Below, piece by piece: positions 1-10,128 of a stretch of 64,000 bases of DNA. Position 1 is the first letter of the stretch. Every line of letters starts with the position of its first letter. Location of the stretch: the NCBI GenBank assembly GCA_964404025.1, contig CAYOIJ010000002.1, positions 23,839 to 87,838 of the forward strand, given 5' to 3'. The stretch comes from an uncultured Pseudomonadales bacterium (GTDB taxonomy: Bacteria; Patescibacteriota; Microgenomatia; UBA1400; PJMF01). The notes beneath the pieces were generated by a model. That model made no database searches and was not told the DNA's origin. It saw nothing but the letters and a program-made list of their open reading frames with translations. The position numbers and the translations under genes were made by a program.

Positions 1-789
1 CTCCTATTAATAAGGCTAAAGAAAAATAACGAATACTTTCCCCTCCAAGCAGAGCCAAAGAAAGTAACATTAATATAATAGTAATAGAATCATTAATAGA
101 TCTGCCTACAGTTTTCCAAACAGCCACATTGGCAATTGCAGTCAGAGATAAATGTTTGTGTTTCTTTTGCAACTCTCTAATCCGATTATAAACAACCACC
201 GTGTCATGAATTGAAAAAGAAAGAGTGGTTAGCACAGCAGTTACAAATAACAAATCAACTTCGACCCCCCTAAAATGTCCAAGTAAACTAAAAATTCCAA
301 TTAATATTAAAGAATCGTGAAACATAGCTAAAACTGCTGAAATTCCGTACTTTACTTCATTAAATTGCCGCCAAATATAAATGATAATAACTCCAGCAAC
401 TAAGAGTATTGCTATTAAGGTTTTTTTTAACAACTCTTGACCCAAAAGTGGCCCCACGCTTTCAAAACGTAATAACTCTAATTCTCCATATTCTTGGCTG
501 ATTTTTTTTAAGACAAGTTCTTTATCTTCGTTATTAATTTCCTTCCCCTTCAACATTAAATTATTTTCACCTGTCAGTTGGATCGTATTAATTACAAAAA
601 CTTCCTCTAGATTAGCTTTCAAATCCTCTTCTTGATAATTAAGCATTTTTTCTTTTTCTAAAAATTGAATCTCCAACAAGCTACCTCCAGTAAAGTCAAT
701 TGCTGGTTTCAAACCAAAAAAAACTAAAGAAATTAATCCTGGCACAAGAAAAAAGGCTGAAATTAAGAAAAAAATCTTTTTATGTTTCA
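1..789 (-). CDS. secF: Protein translocase subunit SecF (C-terminal part runs off window start)
   Basis: Reverse-complement translation from ATG at 789..787 gives MKHKKIFFLISAFFLVPGLISLVFFGLKPAIDFTGGSLLEIQF..., a SecF-like N-terminus with the DFTGGS motif. No stop before position 1. Lies directly downstream of secD, the usual secD-secF order. Confidence 0.8.
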
Positions 790-795
790 TTAAAT

Positions 796-2190
796 TCATG
801 AATTAAACTCCTTAGGCTTAATAAGTGGCATTAAATACCTCACTAAAACTCTCGAAACAGTGACACCTGTAAACATACTAATTGGGCTCCCAAGTAAAAA
901 AGTAACACCAAAACCCTTAACTAATCCGCTCGTGTTTAAAAAGGATAAATTGAGAGGGTTAATCAATACCAGCGCTGTGATAATTGAGGCTAAATTGGCG
1001 TCTTTAATGCTGTCCCAAGCTCGACCAAAACCCAACTCCATAGACTCTGCATAACTAGAACCAGCTCGTTGCTCTTCCTTCATTCTTTCAAAAATTAAAA
1101 TATTTGCATCCACCGCCATACCAATCGTTAAAATTAAACCAGCAATTCCTGGTAGGGTTAGAACGACTCCAATAATTTTATAAAGAGCAATGGTTAAGAC
1201 GGCATAAATTATCAGGGCTAAAGAAGAAATCACCCCCAACCAACCATAATACAAAATCATAAATAAAATTACTAAAAATAAGCCCATCATTCCAGCATTA
1301 ACGCTCTTTTTTACTGATTCGTCCCCTAAACTAGCCCCAAGATTTTTTTGCTCCAACACCTCAATGTTTATTGGTAGCGCGCCAGCATTTAATTGGATGG
1401 CTAAATTTTTGGCATCTTCAACACTAAAATCACCAGTCATAACTGCTCGTCCATCTAAAATTGCACTAGAAATAGTTGGCGTTACCACTGGATAATCATC
1501 GATAAAAATAGCTAAAACCTTGTTTAAATTGTTTTTAGTGACTTCAGCAAAAAGCTCTCGACCCTCATCGTTAAACTCTAGGGCAATATGCGGCTTAGCA
1601 GTCTGCTGATCAAATTGCACTTGGGCCCTTTTCAACTGCTGGCCAGTTAAACCAGTGTTCTCAAAATACTTATCCCAAACAATAGCTGACTGAGTGGCCT
1701 CAGCTAATTCCTCTTCGCTCAATTCCTTTTCTAATCTAAACTCCAGCTGTGCAGTTTGACCAACTAGGTCTAAAGCTTGTTGAGGATCATCGACGCCAGG
1801 TAGCTCAACAATTAAGCGATACTCGTCTTCTAAACGAGCAGTTTGAATACTAGGTTCACTAATTCCGTACAAATCAACCCTGCGACTGATGATGTTTCGA
1901 GCAGACTCCAGAGCTGTTTCTCTGTCTTCTAGATCAATTTGATCAACCTTAGCTCGCAAAACTACCTGCATTCCGCCCTGAATATCTAGACCTTTTTTTA
2001 GTTGAAAATCTTTATATATTCGCTTCCCCCAAAAATAGAAATCAATCGGTTTTTTATTAATTTCAAATTGAACGCGTCGGCTCAATATAAGCTGATCAAA
2101 TTTTAATTGATTAGGAAAAGCAATATGGGCAGCTATAATAGTCAGTAAAAAAATCAAAAAAAGACTTCGACCTTTTGACTTTTTATTCAT
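796..2190 (-). CDS. secD: Protein translocase subunit SecD
   Basis: 464 aa with N-terminal TM. GLDIQGGMQVVL motif and a C-terminal 6-TM SSD-like block typical of SecD. 6-nt gap to secF. Confidence 0.85.
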   Translation of the reverse strand: MNKKSKGRSLFLIFLLTIIAAHIAFPNQLKFDQLILSRRVQFEINKKPIDFYFWGKRIYKDFQLKKGLDIQGGMQVVLRAKVDQIDLEDRETALESARNIISRRVDLYGISEPSIQTARLEDEYRLIVELPGVDDPQQALDLVGQTAQLEFRLEKELSEEELAEATQSAIVWDKYFENTGLTGQQLKRAQVQFDQQTAKPHIALEFNDEGRELFAEVTKNNLNKVLAIFIDDYPVVTPTISSAILDGRAVMTGDFSVEDAKNLAIQLNAGALPINIEVLEQKNLGASLGDESVKKSVNAGMMGLFLVILFMILYYGWLGVISSLALIIYAVLTIALYKIIGVVLTLPGIAGLILTIGMAVDANILIFERMKEEQRAGSSYAESMELGFGRAWDSIKDANLASIITALVLINPLNLSFLNTSGLVKGFGVTFLLGSPISMFTGVTVSRVLVRYLMPLIKPKEFNS

Positions 2191-2215
2191 AAAAATAATC
2201 TATAAAAATTTATAA

Positions 2216-2815
2216 TTAACTAGTAGGCATGTCACGATGACAAAATTCATTTTCATCACCAATAATCATGACTCTAACCCCATATAAAACTTCCATAACA
2301 AAAGGGTCTCTTCGTGTTTTTCTAAATTCAAATTCATCAGCATTAAGCACCGCATAATTAATTTCTCGCCCCAGTTCTTTTTGTTCGGCTTTAATAAGTT
2401 CTTCTAGTTCTGGTAAAACTACATCACCAACTAAGAGAATATCTAGCTCGTCTGAACGAGCTGGCTGTCGACTAGCAAAAGTTCCAGAAAACATCACGTA
2501 AGATAAAGAGCCCAGTTTGCGTCTATAACGACGAATTTTTTTGCCAAGACCAGTGCTTTTGGTAACGATTCTTTGTAACTCTTGATGGTAAAGATAGCGC
2601 TTGTTTAAATAATAATACAATCGATTTGCACGCTGCTCGCTTTTTAGTAAACCACATTCAAGCATGCGCTCTAACTCTCGTCTAACAGCATTAATTTCTT
2701 CCTTAATAAGACGAGTAATCTCTCGCACATAGTACATCTCTTCTGGGTTCTTATAAAATAATTCTAAAACTTTAACTCTAACTTTCGACACCAATAGATC
2801 ATTTAGACAAGACAT
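2216..2815 (-). CDS. Winged-helix (HTH) plus nucleotidyltransferase (MNT-fold) domain protein, putative regulator
   Basis: N-terminal wHTH-like region (VKVLELFYKNPEEMYYVREITRLI...). C-terminal GS...SDELDILLVGD resembles the minimal nucleotidyltransferase hG[GS]/DhD motif. Start moved to the internal ATG at 2815, which follows AAGGAAACAC. The longer ORF start at 2902 would abut a terminator hairpin. Confidence 0.5.
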   Translation of the reverse strand: MSCLNDLLVSKVRVKVLELFYKNPEEMYYVREITRLIKEEINAVRRELERMLECGLLKSEQRANRLYYYLNKRYLYHQELQRIVTKSTGLGKKIRRYRRKLGSLSYVMFSGTFASRQPARSDELDILLVGDVVLPELEELIKAEQKELGREINYAVLNADEFEFRKTRRDPFVMEVLYGVRVMIIGDENEFCHRDMPTS

Positions 2816-2906
2816 GTGTTTCCTTTTTAATTTTTTTTGAAACAAAAATTTACTCAATTCTAAGTTAATGAAGCAAAAAAAACAAGTAAGAAAATGAAAC
2901 AATAAG

Positions 2907-2932
2907 TAAAAAAAAGCCGGTGAAAACCGGCT
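2907..2932 (-). terminator. Rho-independent terminator (hairpin AGCCGGU-GAAA-ACCGGCU followed by U8 on minus strand)
   Basis: Plus strand aaaaaaaaGCCGGTGAAAACCGGCTtctt. On the minus strand the stem-loop is followed by an 8-U tract, directly after the DUF3048 gene stop at 2951. Confidence 0.6.
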
Positions 2933-2950
2933 TCTTAAAATTAAACTTTA

Positions 2951-4141
2951 TTAATAATTAACTTCACTGCCAGTAGCCAAAACGCTAATCCAGATTGGTC
3001 CACGAGCTAATTCTATTGCTTTACCACGAACATCTGTAAACTCTAATTCTGCCTCTCGACTAAGCTTATTCCAGTTGGCCTCAATGGGAGCTTGACCATG
3101 TTTGAAAATTAAAGCCTTACCTCTACCAGTGGTTCCATAAATCATGTGTTTAAGCTCATTGATTGGACCTTTTTCTATAGCAAACAAAACAATGATGTTG
3201 TTAAACGCTAGCTCCTCATTATTGTTTAAGTCTATCTGCAATTCTCCTCCATTACTGCGCTTATAGGCATCTCATTCTTGATCATAGTTCCACTCGACCG
3301 AAAATTGATTATAACCACTCCAAAAATCATAACTAATTTTTTGAATCAATCCTGGACTTCCAACTTCCTCCTCAAAAGTCCACCCCTGATAAGCATCTTG
3401 CCAAGGAGCTGCGGCAATAGTTTTTCGATTAACTATTCTTTCTGGAGTGAGATTGGTCCAATCTCTTTCTTTGGCCACTTCCCATAAGGCTTCAGTTTCG
3501 CTTTGCATGGTGTGCTCAGTTGCCACTGTTTTGTTAGGGATACGACTATAATTACGAATAAAAGTAGGATAACCAACCGAGAACTGATCAATATCGTTCT
3601 CACCTCGCCAACCGTAATCAGCAATCTGTCCTAAAGCATTGGTGGGACCAGATAAATTAGCACCACCTACATGAACATACATTGGCAGATTAAATCCTGA
3701 AGCCCAATCAACAAAGTAAGTGCGGGCACTACGTACTGGCGCAACCACCACATTCTCATTTTGCGCAGCACAATAATAAAGAGCCCCAAAACGGGTAACT
3801 CCACCTTCTGCGACTGCTTCAAAAACTACATCAGCTCGACTCAAGCCAGAGTGTGGGCGTGCATCTGCTGAATTTTCGATCATTATAAATAATGGGCGCC
3901 TAGTTTCCCAGGCATTTCTTTCAGTTAAAGTAAAATATTTACCATTTAAAGGGCAGGCCTGATCTCGTGGTTCATTGGGATCGATATCTAATAAGCCCGC
4001 CAACAAAGATTCTTTTTCTTCTTTTTGTTGAGCCTGGTTAAGGGCAGTTGCTCTCCCACCAAAATAAGAAAAAGCAAAAAAAGATAAAACACTAGAAAGC
4101 AAATAAAAAACTAATAAAATAATTAAATTCTTCTTGGACAT
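2951..4141 (-). pseudogene. DUF3048 (YerB-like) secreted protein, interrupted by a single in-frame TGA at 3272..3274 (segments 3272..4141 and 2951..3241)
   Basis: Upstream segment has a signal/TM anchor and the DUF3048 core (RPLFIMIENSADARPHSGLSRADVVFEAVAEGGVTRFGALY). Downstream segment looks like the DUF3048 C-terminal domain. Both are in the same frame (4141-3241=900) and separated only by TGA: ...EWNYDQE*DAYKRSNGGELQIDL... Confidence 0.55.
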
Positions 4142-4172
4142 ATTTTTACTACCTTTCTAAAAATAGACAATC

Positions 4173-4421
4173 CTAAGTATAACGCAAACTAACTAAAGCT
4201 AAAACTAGTAAAACTACTAGGGTAATTAACAGGGTTTTTTTCAAATCTTTGCCAATCAAGCCGGGATCATAATTAAATAAGTTTTCTATTTTTTCTTTCT
4301 CAATTTTAGATTCAACATTCACTTTATTTGTGAGTTTCGTAGATAGCTTTTGTGTAACCGCTCTCTTTTTAAGCTGTTTTTGAGCACGAATTTTATCAGT
4401 TTTTCTACGTTTTTTAGCCAT
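4173..4421 (-). CDS. Small basic membrane protein, hypothetical
   Basis: 82 aa. Lys/Arg-rich N-terminus and a single C-terminal TM helix. No recognisable family. Confidence 0.35.
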   Translation of the reverse strand: MAKKRRKTDKIRAQKQLKKRAVTQKLSTKLTNKVNVESKIEKEKIENLFNYDPGLIGKDLKKTLLITLVVLLVLALVSLRYT

Positions 4422-4451
4422 AGTTATTTTTGTAATTTTTATAATAAAAAA

Positions 4452-5597
4452 CTAAGTAAAAAGCTTCACTACATCATTGATTGAAACAAAAACCATCAAT
4501 AAAATTAAAACAAAAAAACCAACATAATTAGCCCAATTAGCAATTTTTTCAATTTTTTCTTTATCAGCTATTTTTTCTAGTAAAACAAAAATTGCCCTGC
4601 CACCATCTAAGGCAGGAATCGGTAATAAATTCATGACTCCTAAATTAATTGAAAGTAGTGCTGCAAAACTCAAAATATTTAACCAACCTCCATCAAAAAA
4701 ACCATATGTTTGAGCTTGATGAACTATGCCCACAGGCCCAGCCACATCCATGGCTACTGATTGTCCCTGAACTAAATTAACAATCAAAGTTCCTAAAGCC
4801 TGTAAGATTAGTAGGCCCAAAAATAGAGCTTCTCTAAAACCGTATAAGGCACCTTTGATCGCAGCCAAATACCAAGGAAAATGTTCATGTATAACTGTAG
4901 TAAAAACTACCCCCATAGCTCCTTCTGAATCTGAGCGCTCATTTTCTCGACGTAAATAAATTTGATAATCTTGATAATCATCAGGACAAGTTAGTGTTTC
5001 GCAAGGCTCGGTGGCTCTTATGGTTAACTCCTCACCCAGATGAGCATCCACATACTCCTGAACCTCAGTAATACTATTTACTTTTACCCACTGTTGATCG
5101 TTCTCGCTATAGAAAGCTATTATGTTAGTGTTTTTATTCAGACCAGCACTAACTGCTGGAGAATTATCAGTAAAATCGTAAATTCTAGCTTGCTCATGCA
5201 ACTCTCTAGGAATCCCTGTTTTAGAAAAAATAACACTAAAAGCTAGAATGCCAAATAAAAAATTAAAAACTGCTCCAGCTAAAAGAGTTTGTAAACGAGC
5301 CGAAATTGATTTACTAAAAAAAGGGCCCCATTTTTTATCTTGGTTTTTCTTAATCTTAAGTATTTGTTTTTGTTCAGGGCCATTTTCTCCTTCAAGCTGT
5401 ACGAAACCACCAAAAGGAATAGCATTGAGAGAGAAAACTGTTCCTTGATAGGTAAAAAGTTTAAAAACTCGAGGAGGATAGCCTAAACCGAACTCTTTAA
5501 TCTTAATCTTATTCCTGCGAGCCAATAAATAGTGACCCAACTCGTGAATTAAGACTAAAAAGGATAAGATTAGAATAAAGACAACTATTTCAAACAT
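4452..5597 (-). CDS. rseP: RIP zinc metalloprotease RseP (site-2 protease)
   Basis: HELGHY (HExxH) in the first TM segment. Multi-TM architecture with a central PDZ-like region. LDGG motif near the C-terminus. Confidence 0.85.
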   Translation of the reverse strand: MFEIVVFILILSFLVLIHELGHYLLARRNKIKIKEFGLGYPPRVFKLFTYQGTVFSLNAIPFGGFVQLEGENGPEQKQILKIKKNQDKKWGPFFSKSISARLQTLLAGAVFNFLFGILAFSVIFSKTGIPRELHEQARIYDFTDNSPAVSAGLNKNTNIIAFYSENDQQWVKVNSITEVQEYVDAHLGEELTIRATEPCETLTCPDDYQDYQIYLRRENERSDSEGAMGVVFTTVIHEHFPWYLAAIKGALYGFREALFLGLLILQALGTLIVNLVQGQSVAMDVAGPVGIVHQAQTYGFFDGGWLNILSFAALLSINLGVMNLLPIPALDGGRAIFVLLEKIADKEKIEKIANWANYVGFFVLILLMVFVSINDVVKLFT

Positions 5598-5599
5598 AA

Positions 5600-6172
5600 T
5601 TAGATGGTTAACAACTCTTTTTCTTTAGCAACTACTAGTTTTTCAATCTCATCTATATATTCTTTCACCAATTTTTCTAACTCTGCGAATCTAGCTTTTA
5701 AATCGTCCTCACTAACCCCAGCAGTTCCCTCTTCTTTTTCAATGTCTTTACGTATATCAGCTCGAATTTGCCTTAACATTACCCGGCCCTCCTCGGCTCG
5801 TTGATGTAAAACTTTTACCATTTCTTGGCGACGCTCAGTAGTTAGAGTTGGCACCGGTACTCTAATTAGTTCTTTGTCAACCACAGGGTTGAGATTGAGT
5901 TGAGCAATCTGAATAGCTTTTTCTATAGCGGGCAATAAACTTTTATCCCAGGGCTTAATAACAATTAGTTGTGAATCTGGAACAGAAATATTAGCCACCT
6001 CGGTTAAAGACATTTGGCTTCCATAGGCTTCGACCCTTACTGAATCTAGCAACTGCGCTGAAGCTCGACCCGTTCTCAAAGAATTTAACTCTTTTTTGAA
6101 GTGTTCTATAGCCTTAATGAAACGATGTTGCTGTTTTGATGGATCATTTGTCATAGTAACTAATTGTAGCAA
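5600..6172 (-). CDS. frr: Ribosome recycling factor
   Basis: 190 aa. The profile ...LRTGRASAQLLDSVRVEAYGSQMSL...IKPWDKSLLPAIEKAI... matches RRF along its full length. Confidence 0.9.
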   Translation of the reverse strand: MLQLVTMTNDPSKQQHRFIKAIEHFKKELNSLRTGRASAQLLDSVRVEAYGSQMSLTEVANISVPDSQLIVIKPWDKSLLPAIEKAIQIAQLNLNPVVDKELIRVPVPTLTTERRQEMVKVLHQRAEEGRVMLRQIRADIRKDIEKEEGTAGVSEDDLKARFAELEKLVKEYIDEIEKLVVAKEKELLTI

Positions 6173-6175
6173 ATT

Positions 6176-6541
6176 TTAAGGAAAACTGATCTTTAAATTC
6201 ACGTTTGGAAAAGCTAGTGTCTGTCTGGTGGGATCAGCCGCTTTTAAGTCTTCTTCAAGAGCTTTTATTCTCTGTTCTAATGGATGAGCCTCCAACACCT
6301 CCTCTTCAACCACCGTTTCAACTTCCTTTACCTGATTCTCTCTTTTAGGAATAAAAACTAAAATAATATATAGAGCAAAAAATAAAAATACTGCTGCCAT
6401 TAAAAAATAAAATGGTTTTAAATTCTTATTTCTGGTTAAGTTTTCTTTTAAACCCATTTTTTTCTCAGAAGCTTTTTGCCATAAAGGAGCCTGATCAACA
6501 AAAATAGTTTGGTCTTTATTAAATAGTTCTTTTCTAGACAT
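6176..6541 (-). CDS. Hypothetical membrane protein
   Basis: 121 aa with a single central TM helix. No recognisable motifs. Confidence 0.35.
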   Translation of the reverse strand: MSRKELFNKDQTIFVDQAPLWQKASEKKMGLKENLTRNKNLKPFYFLMAAVFLFFALYIILVFIPKRENQVKEVETVVEEEVLEAHPLEQRIKALEEDLKAADPTRQTLAFPNVNLKISFP

Positions 6542-6545
6542 AACT

Positions 6546-7397
6546 TTAATTAAAATCCAATAATTCCTTTAGGTAAGCCATCGATTGTGACAAATTAATG
6601 TAGACTGGATTTAGGTCTCTGGTTAAATTACGATAAATGCTTTCTAGTGAGCTGGCCTGCGCAGACTTCTGCCAGAGTAAATTCAAATTATTTTGTGCTT
6701 TAACTAAGCTCTTGTCGGTTTCGGCTGAAGCTCGAACTAAAGCACTAAGATCATCACTCTCATCAACTGCTAAAAATTTATCAATATCTTTTTTAAGAGG
6801 AATAGCTAAATCATAAATTCTCTGTAAACGAGAAATAGCTAAGAGAGCTAAAATTTGTTCACTAATTTTATCTAAATCATCAAATTTGACAAAATCGTCT
6901 AGGCTGGCTTGAACGCCACTCTGGTCAGTCTTTTTTTCTAAGGCCTCTCTGTGTGCCTTCAAAGTAATAATTTGCTCTTCCAATAAATCTAAATATTTGT
7001 TTTTAATAGACAACTCAACTCCTTCGCTAGCATACAGATTAAGTTTTAAGAGTTCCAGATAGTTTATCAGCACCTCATCACAAACAATTAGTACTGATTT
7101 GGTTTTTAATACTAAATCTTCTAGAGCTGCGAGAGTTTTGAGAGAAGAATACTGATCATAAGCTATGGTGTAGAGTCTTTCCTGACTTCGATAGGACTCT
7201 AAACTTTGACTGTATTTTTGACGAGTAGCAATAATCTCAGCCTCAAGCCTTTCCTTTTGCCAAATGAGCTCTGTTTTGGCTACAGGATCTGCTTCGGCTC
7301 CAACCAGGCTAGTTTTTGAAAAGAAAAAACAGAAAAACATAAATAATAAGCAAAAATTAATTAAAATTATGTTTTTTCTATTTATAAATTTTGACAT
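6546..7397 (-). CDS. Hypothetical secreted coiled-coil protein
   Basis: 283 aa. N-terminal hydrophobic signal/anchor, then a long helical Leu/Glu/Lys-rich region. Confidence 0.35.
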   Translation of the reverse strand: MSKFINRKNIILINFCLLFMFFCFFFSKTSLVGAEADPVAKTELIWQKERLEAEIIATRQKYSQSLESYRSQERLYTIAYDQYSSLKTLAALEDLVLKTKSVLIVCDEVLINYLELLKLNLYASEGVELSIKNKYLDLLEEQIITLKAHREALEKKTDQSGVQASLDDFVKFDDLDKISEQILALLAISRLQRIYDLAIPLKKDIDKFLAVDESDDLSALVRASAETDKSLVKAQNNLNLLWQKSAQASSLESIYRNLTRDLNPVYINLSQSMAYLKELLDFN

Positions 7398-7415
7398 TTT
7401 TAGTTTTAATTAAAT

Positions 7416-8147
7416 TTATTTTCTTAAGCGTTTTTCTCTAGCAAACTGAGTCGCTGCATACATAGATTCAAAGGTTCCTGTATCAAACCAAGAACCCTCA
7501 ACAAAAGCCACATCCAAGCTACCCTCCTTTAAATACAAATTGTTTAAATCAGTGATTTCTAATTCGCCCCGATCAGAAAATTTTAAAGTATTAACCTTAT
7601 CAACAACGGTGTTGTCATAGATATAAATACCAGTTACACAGTATTCTGATTTTGGGTTTTTGGGCTTTTCTTCAATAGAGATAGCGCGATTATTGTCATC
7701 AAACTCCACCACTCCAAATCTTTGCGGATCATCGACTTTTTTAGCAAAGATCCGCCCCCCCTTTTCAAAACTTTGAATCGCCTGAGAAAAATCGTCTTCA
7801 AATAAATTATCTCCTAAAATGAGGGTTACATTGTCATTGTCAATAAAATCCTCACCAATTTGAAAGGCTTGAGCTATTCCTTGCGGTTGGTCTTGGATTT
7901 CATATGAAAAGTGACAGTTAAACTCCTTGCCACTTCCTAAATATTTCAAAAAATCTCCAGCATGGTCTGGAGCAATAATAAACAAAAAGTCAGTAATTCC
8001 TGATCGGCGAAGGGTCTCTAAGGGAAAGTGGATCATTGGTCGATCATAAACCGGTAATAATTGTTTGCTGGTTACCCTAGTCAGTGGAGACAAACGGGTT
8101 CCGCTGCCACCGGCTAAAATGATACCTTTCATGTTTTTTTTGAACAT
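7416..8147 (-). CDS. Sugar-1-phosphate nucleotidyltransferase (RmlA/G1P-thymidylyltransferase-like, short form)
   Basis: GIILAGGSGTRLSPLT...KQLLPV...P nucleotide-binding signature of the NTP-transferase family. Only 243 aa, so exact specificity is uncertain. Confidence 0.7.
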   Translation of the reverse strand: MFKKNMKGIILAGGSGTRLSPLTRVTSKQLLPVYDRPMIHFPLETLRRSGITDFLFIIAPDHAGDFLKYLGSGKEFNCHFSYEIQDQPQGIAQAFQIGEDFIDNDNVTLILGDNLFEDDFSQAIQSFEKGGRIFAKKVDDPQRFGVVEFDDNNRAISIEEKPKNPKSEYCVTGIYIYDNTVVDKVNTLKFSDRGELEITDLNNLYLKEGSLDVAFVEGSWFDTGTFESMYAATQFAREKRLRK

Positions 8148-8193
8148 ATTGCCTCTCTATTTTTTCATCAGCATCTTATCATAGAATCAGGTT

Positions 8194-8451
8194 TTAAAGA
8201 GTAATTAAAATTAACAGCAACACTGCCAACATTGCTATTGCTAAATACTCAAATACAATTTCACTGGTAATTTTAGTACTTTTAACGTGAGTAAAAACGC
8301 CCCAAAGAAAATAAAACATTCCCATGCCCACTGCTAAATAGCGCTGCAGCATTTTATTTGGCCAAAAACGAGAAAAAAAGAAAGCGAATGTTGTCAGAGC
8401 TAAAAAGAGAATTAAATAAGCTAGACGGTGTTTTTTAAGCAATTTTGGCAT
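8194..8451 (-). CDS. Hypothetical small membrane protein
   Basis: 85 aa with 2-3 TM helices. Last gene of the TasA-like operon. Confidence 0.3.
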   Translation of the reverse strand: MPKLLKKHRLAYLILFLALTTFAFFFSRFWPNKMLQRYLAVGMGMFYFLWGVFTHVKSTKITSEIVFEYLAIAMLAVLLLILITL

Positions 8452-8454
8452 GAA

Positions 8455-9525
8455 TTATGGAATGATTGTTCCTCCACGAAATAGAATTAATAAAAAACCG
8501 ACCGTTAAAAAAAACATAATGTGGGCAAAATTTTGCCCAACAATTCGCTCATAGCGTCGATTATTAGACACAAAGGAGTCATAAATCAGAGTTAGAATAA
8601 TTAAAGCCACCACTAATAAGAAAAAAGTTTTAGTTAGATAAATTGGTGAAAACAACATCCGACCGCTTGCTGTTCTTTCTCCCTCAACCAAACCCAAATC
8701 CTCTGCTTCAGCTAGCTCAGATTCGACGACATCTATGCCCAGGTTTTCTTCTGGCAATTCATTGATGGAGCTATCAGCCATTGATGGCAAAGTAAGTGAT
8801 TCGCCCTCTGCAGTTTTTTGAAGTTCAACTGCTCCTGGAGAAGCAAACATTTGAACCACCAAGGTAGTGTTAAACCCACTGAGAGTACCATTGACCACAG
8901 CCAAACCTATTTGAGTAAAATTGGGATTAATAATATTTTCTTTGTGAGTTGGAGAATTCATCCAAGCCGTCACCATTTCTCCAGTAGTATCAAAATCTCT
9001 AGCTAAATTTTCTCCAGCATACTTATAAACATAACCTGCATTTTTAATGAAGGTCCAGGGTTGTAAACCACTTGGTGAGCTATGCGCCCAATATTGTTCA
9101 TTAAACATGTGTTGAGCTTTAGCCACCGCAGCTTGATTTAGTTTTTCATTAATTTGTAGAGGAGATAGGCCAAGTTTAACCCGTTCTTCATTGGTCGATA
9201 TTAGCACTTGATTAACATCAATATTGGTGGCAAAACCTAAAATTTTATCAGCTAAACTTGGAAAAAAACGAATAGCATTAAACAAAGAAAAAACTGCCAA
9301 AACTAAAAAAGAAACAATCATTAAAGATTCTGGATGAAGCAGTTGCGGACGATAACGATTCTTTTTTCCAGGAAAAAATAAATTATTTAAATGGTCTTTA
9401 AATGTAGTTTTTTTACGACGATGGGAGGAGCGAGAAGATCGTCTTTTTCTAGCCTTAGGCATATGTTTCTTAAACATTATGACAAAGATTGGCGAGTCAA
9501 GCAAGCATTGCTTAACTCGCCTCAC
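8455..9525 (-). CDS. CAP (SCP/PR1, YkwD-like) domain protein with basic N-terminus and TM anchor
   Basis: The central region AVAKAQHMFNEQYWAHSSPSG...GEMVTAWMNSPTHKENIINPNFTQIGLAV matches CAP-domain motifs. A TM helix precedes it. Confidence 0.65.
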   Translation of the reverse strand: MRRVKQCLLDSPIFVIMFKKHMPKARKRRSSRSSHRRKKTTFKDHLNNLFFPGKKNRYRPQLLHPESLMIVSFLVLAVFSLFNAIRFFPSLADKILGFATNIDVNQVLISTNEERVKLGLSPLQINEKLNQAAVAKAQHMFNEQYWAHSSPSGLQPWTFIKNAGYVYKYAGENLARDFDTTGEMVTAWMNSPTHKENIINPNFTQIGLAVVNGTLSGFNTTLVVQMFASPGAVELQKTAEGESLTLPSMADSSINELPEENLGIDVVESELAEAEDLGLVEGERTASGRMLFSPIYLTKTFFLLVVALIILTLIYDSFVSNNRRYERIVGQNFAHIMFFLTVGFLLILFRGGTIIP

Positions 9526-9528
9526 TCT

Positions 9529-10128
9529 TTATTGCTCGTAGTAAAAATTTAAATCAAAGGTTAGGTTGTCTCCCATCGCTTCATTACCGCAAGCATCAGC
9601 ACTAAAATCAAGATTAAGATTAACCGAGGTAATCTGCAAGCGATTGTCTAATGGAGAAAAATTCTGTTCATCAATAAACATTTCTTCCAAAATTGGAAAA
9701 CTAGTATATGGCTGAACCTCTACTTCATTATCTCCATCCATATAGCTAACTCTCATCATCAAACAATCATCTAGCTCCCCATCTCCCTCTACATCTGTCT
9801 CTGCCTCGGTGTTAATACCCTCATCGCTATCAGTTACAACCAAACCGATATACAAGTTTTCATTAAAATCAGCTCCAGTTCCAATATCTGTTACAGCTAT
9901 GCTAGATCGTTGTGGCTCTCCCGGAATAATATTTGGCATGTTAAAACTTACTTGAGTAGGATCTTGACCAGCCAACCTCAAATTAACACTAGCAGCTCCA
10001 GCAGTGTTATCTCGAAGTGTCTCCACATCTGAAAATAAGGCTCGAGATAAACGTAGTGCCCCAAACACTAAGGCGCTGGCCATAACAGCTCCCAACACCA
10101 ATTTTTTAATATTTTTTTTCTTGCTCAT
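9529..10128 (-). CDS. TasA/CalY/camelysin-like secreted protein with SipW-cognate-type signal peptide
   Basis: N-terminus KKLVLGAVMASALVFGALRLSRALFSDVETLRDNTAGAASVNL resembles the SipW-dependent signal class (AYFSDxExxxxNxF.AG). 199 aa, beta-rich. Confidence 0.55.
   Translation of the reverse strand: MSKKKNIKKLVLGAVMASALVFGALRLSRALFSDVETLRDNTAGAASVNLRLAGQDPTQVSFNMPNIIPGEPQRSSIAVTDIGTGADFNENLYIGLVVTDSDEGINTEAETDVEGDGELDDCLMMRVSYMDGDNEVEVQPYTSFPILEEMFIDEQNFSPLDNRLQITSVNLNLDFSADACGNEAMGDNLTFDLNFYYEQ

Noticed and set aside
860-1054. 64-aa plus-strand ORF
   Set aside because: Lies antisense inside secD. Spurious.
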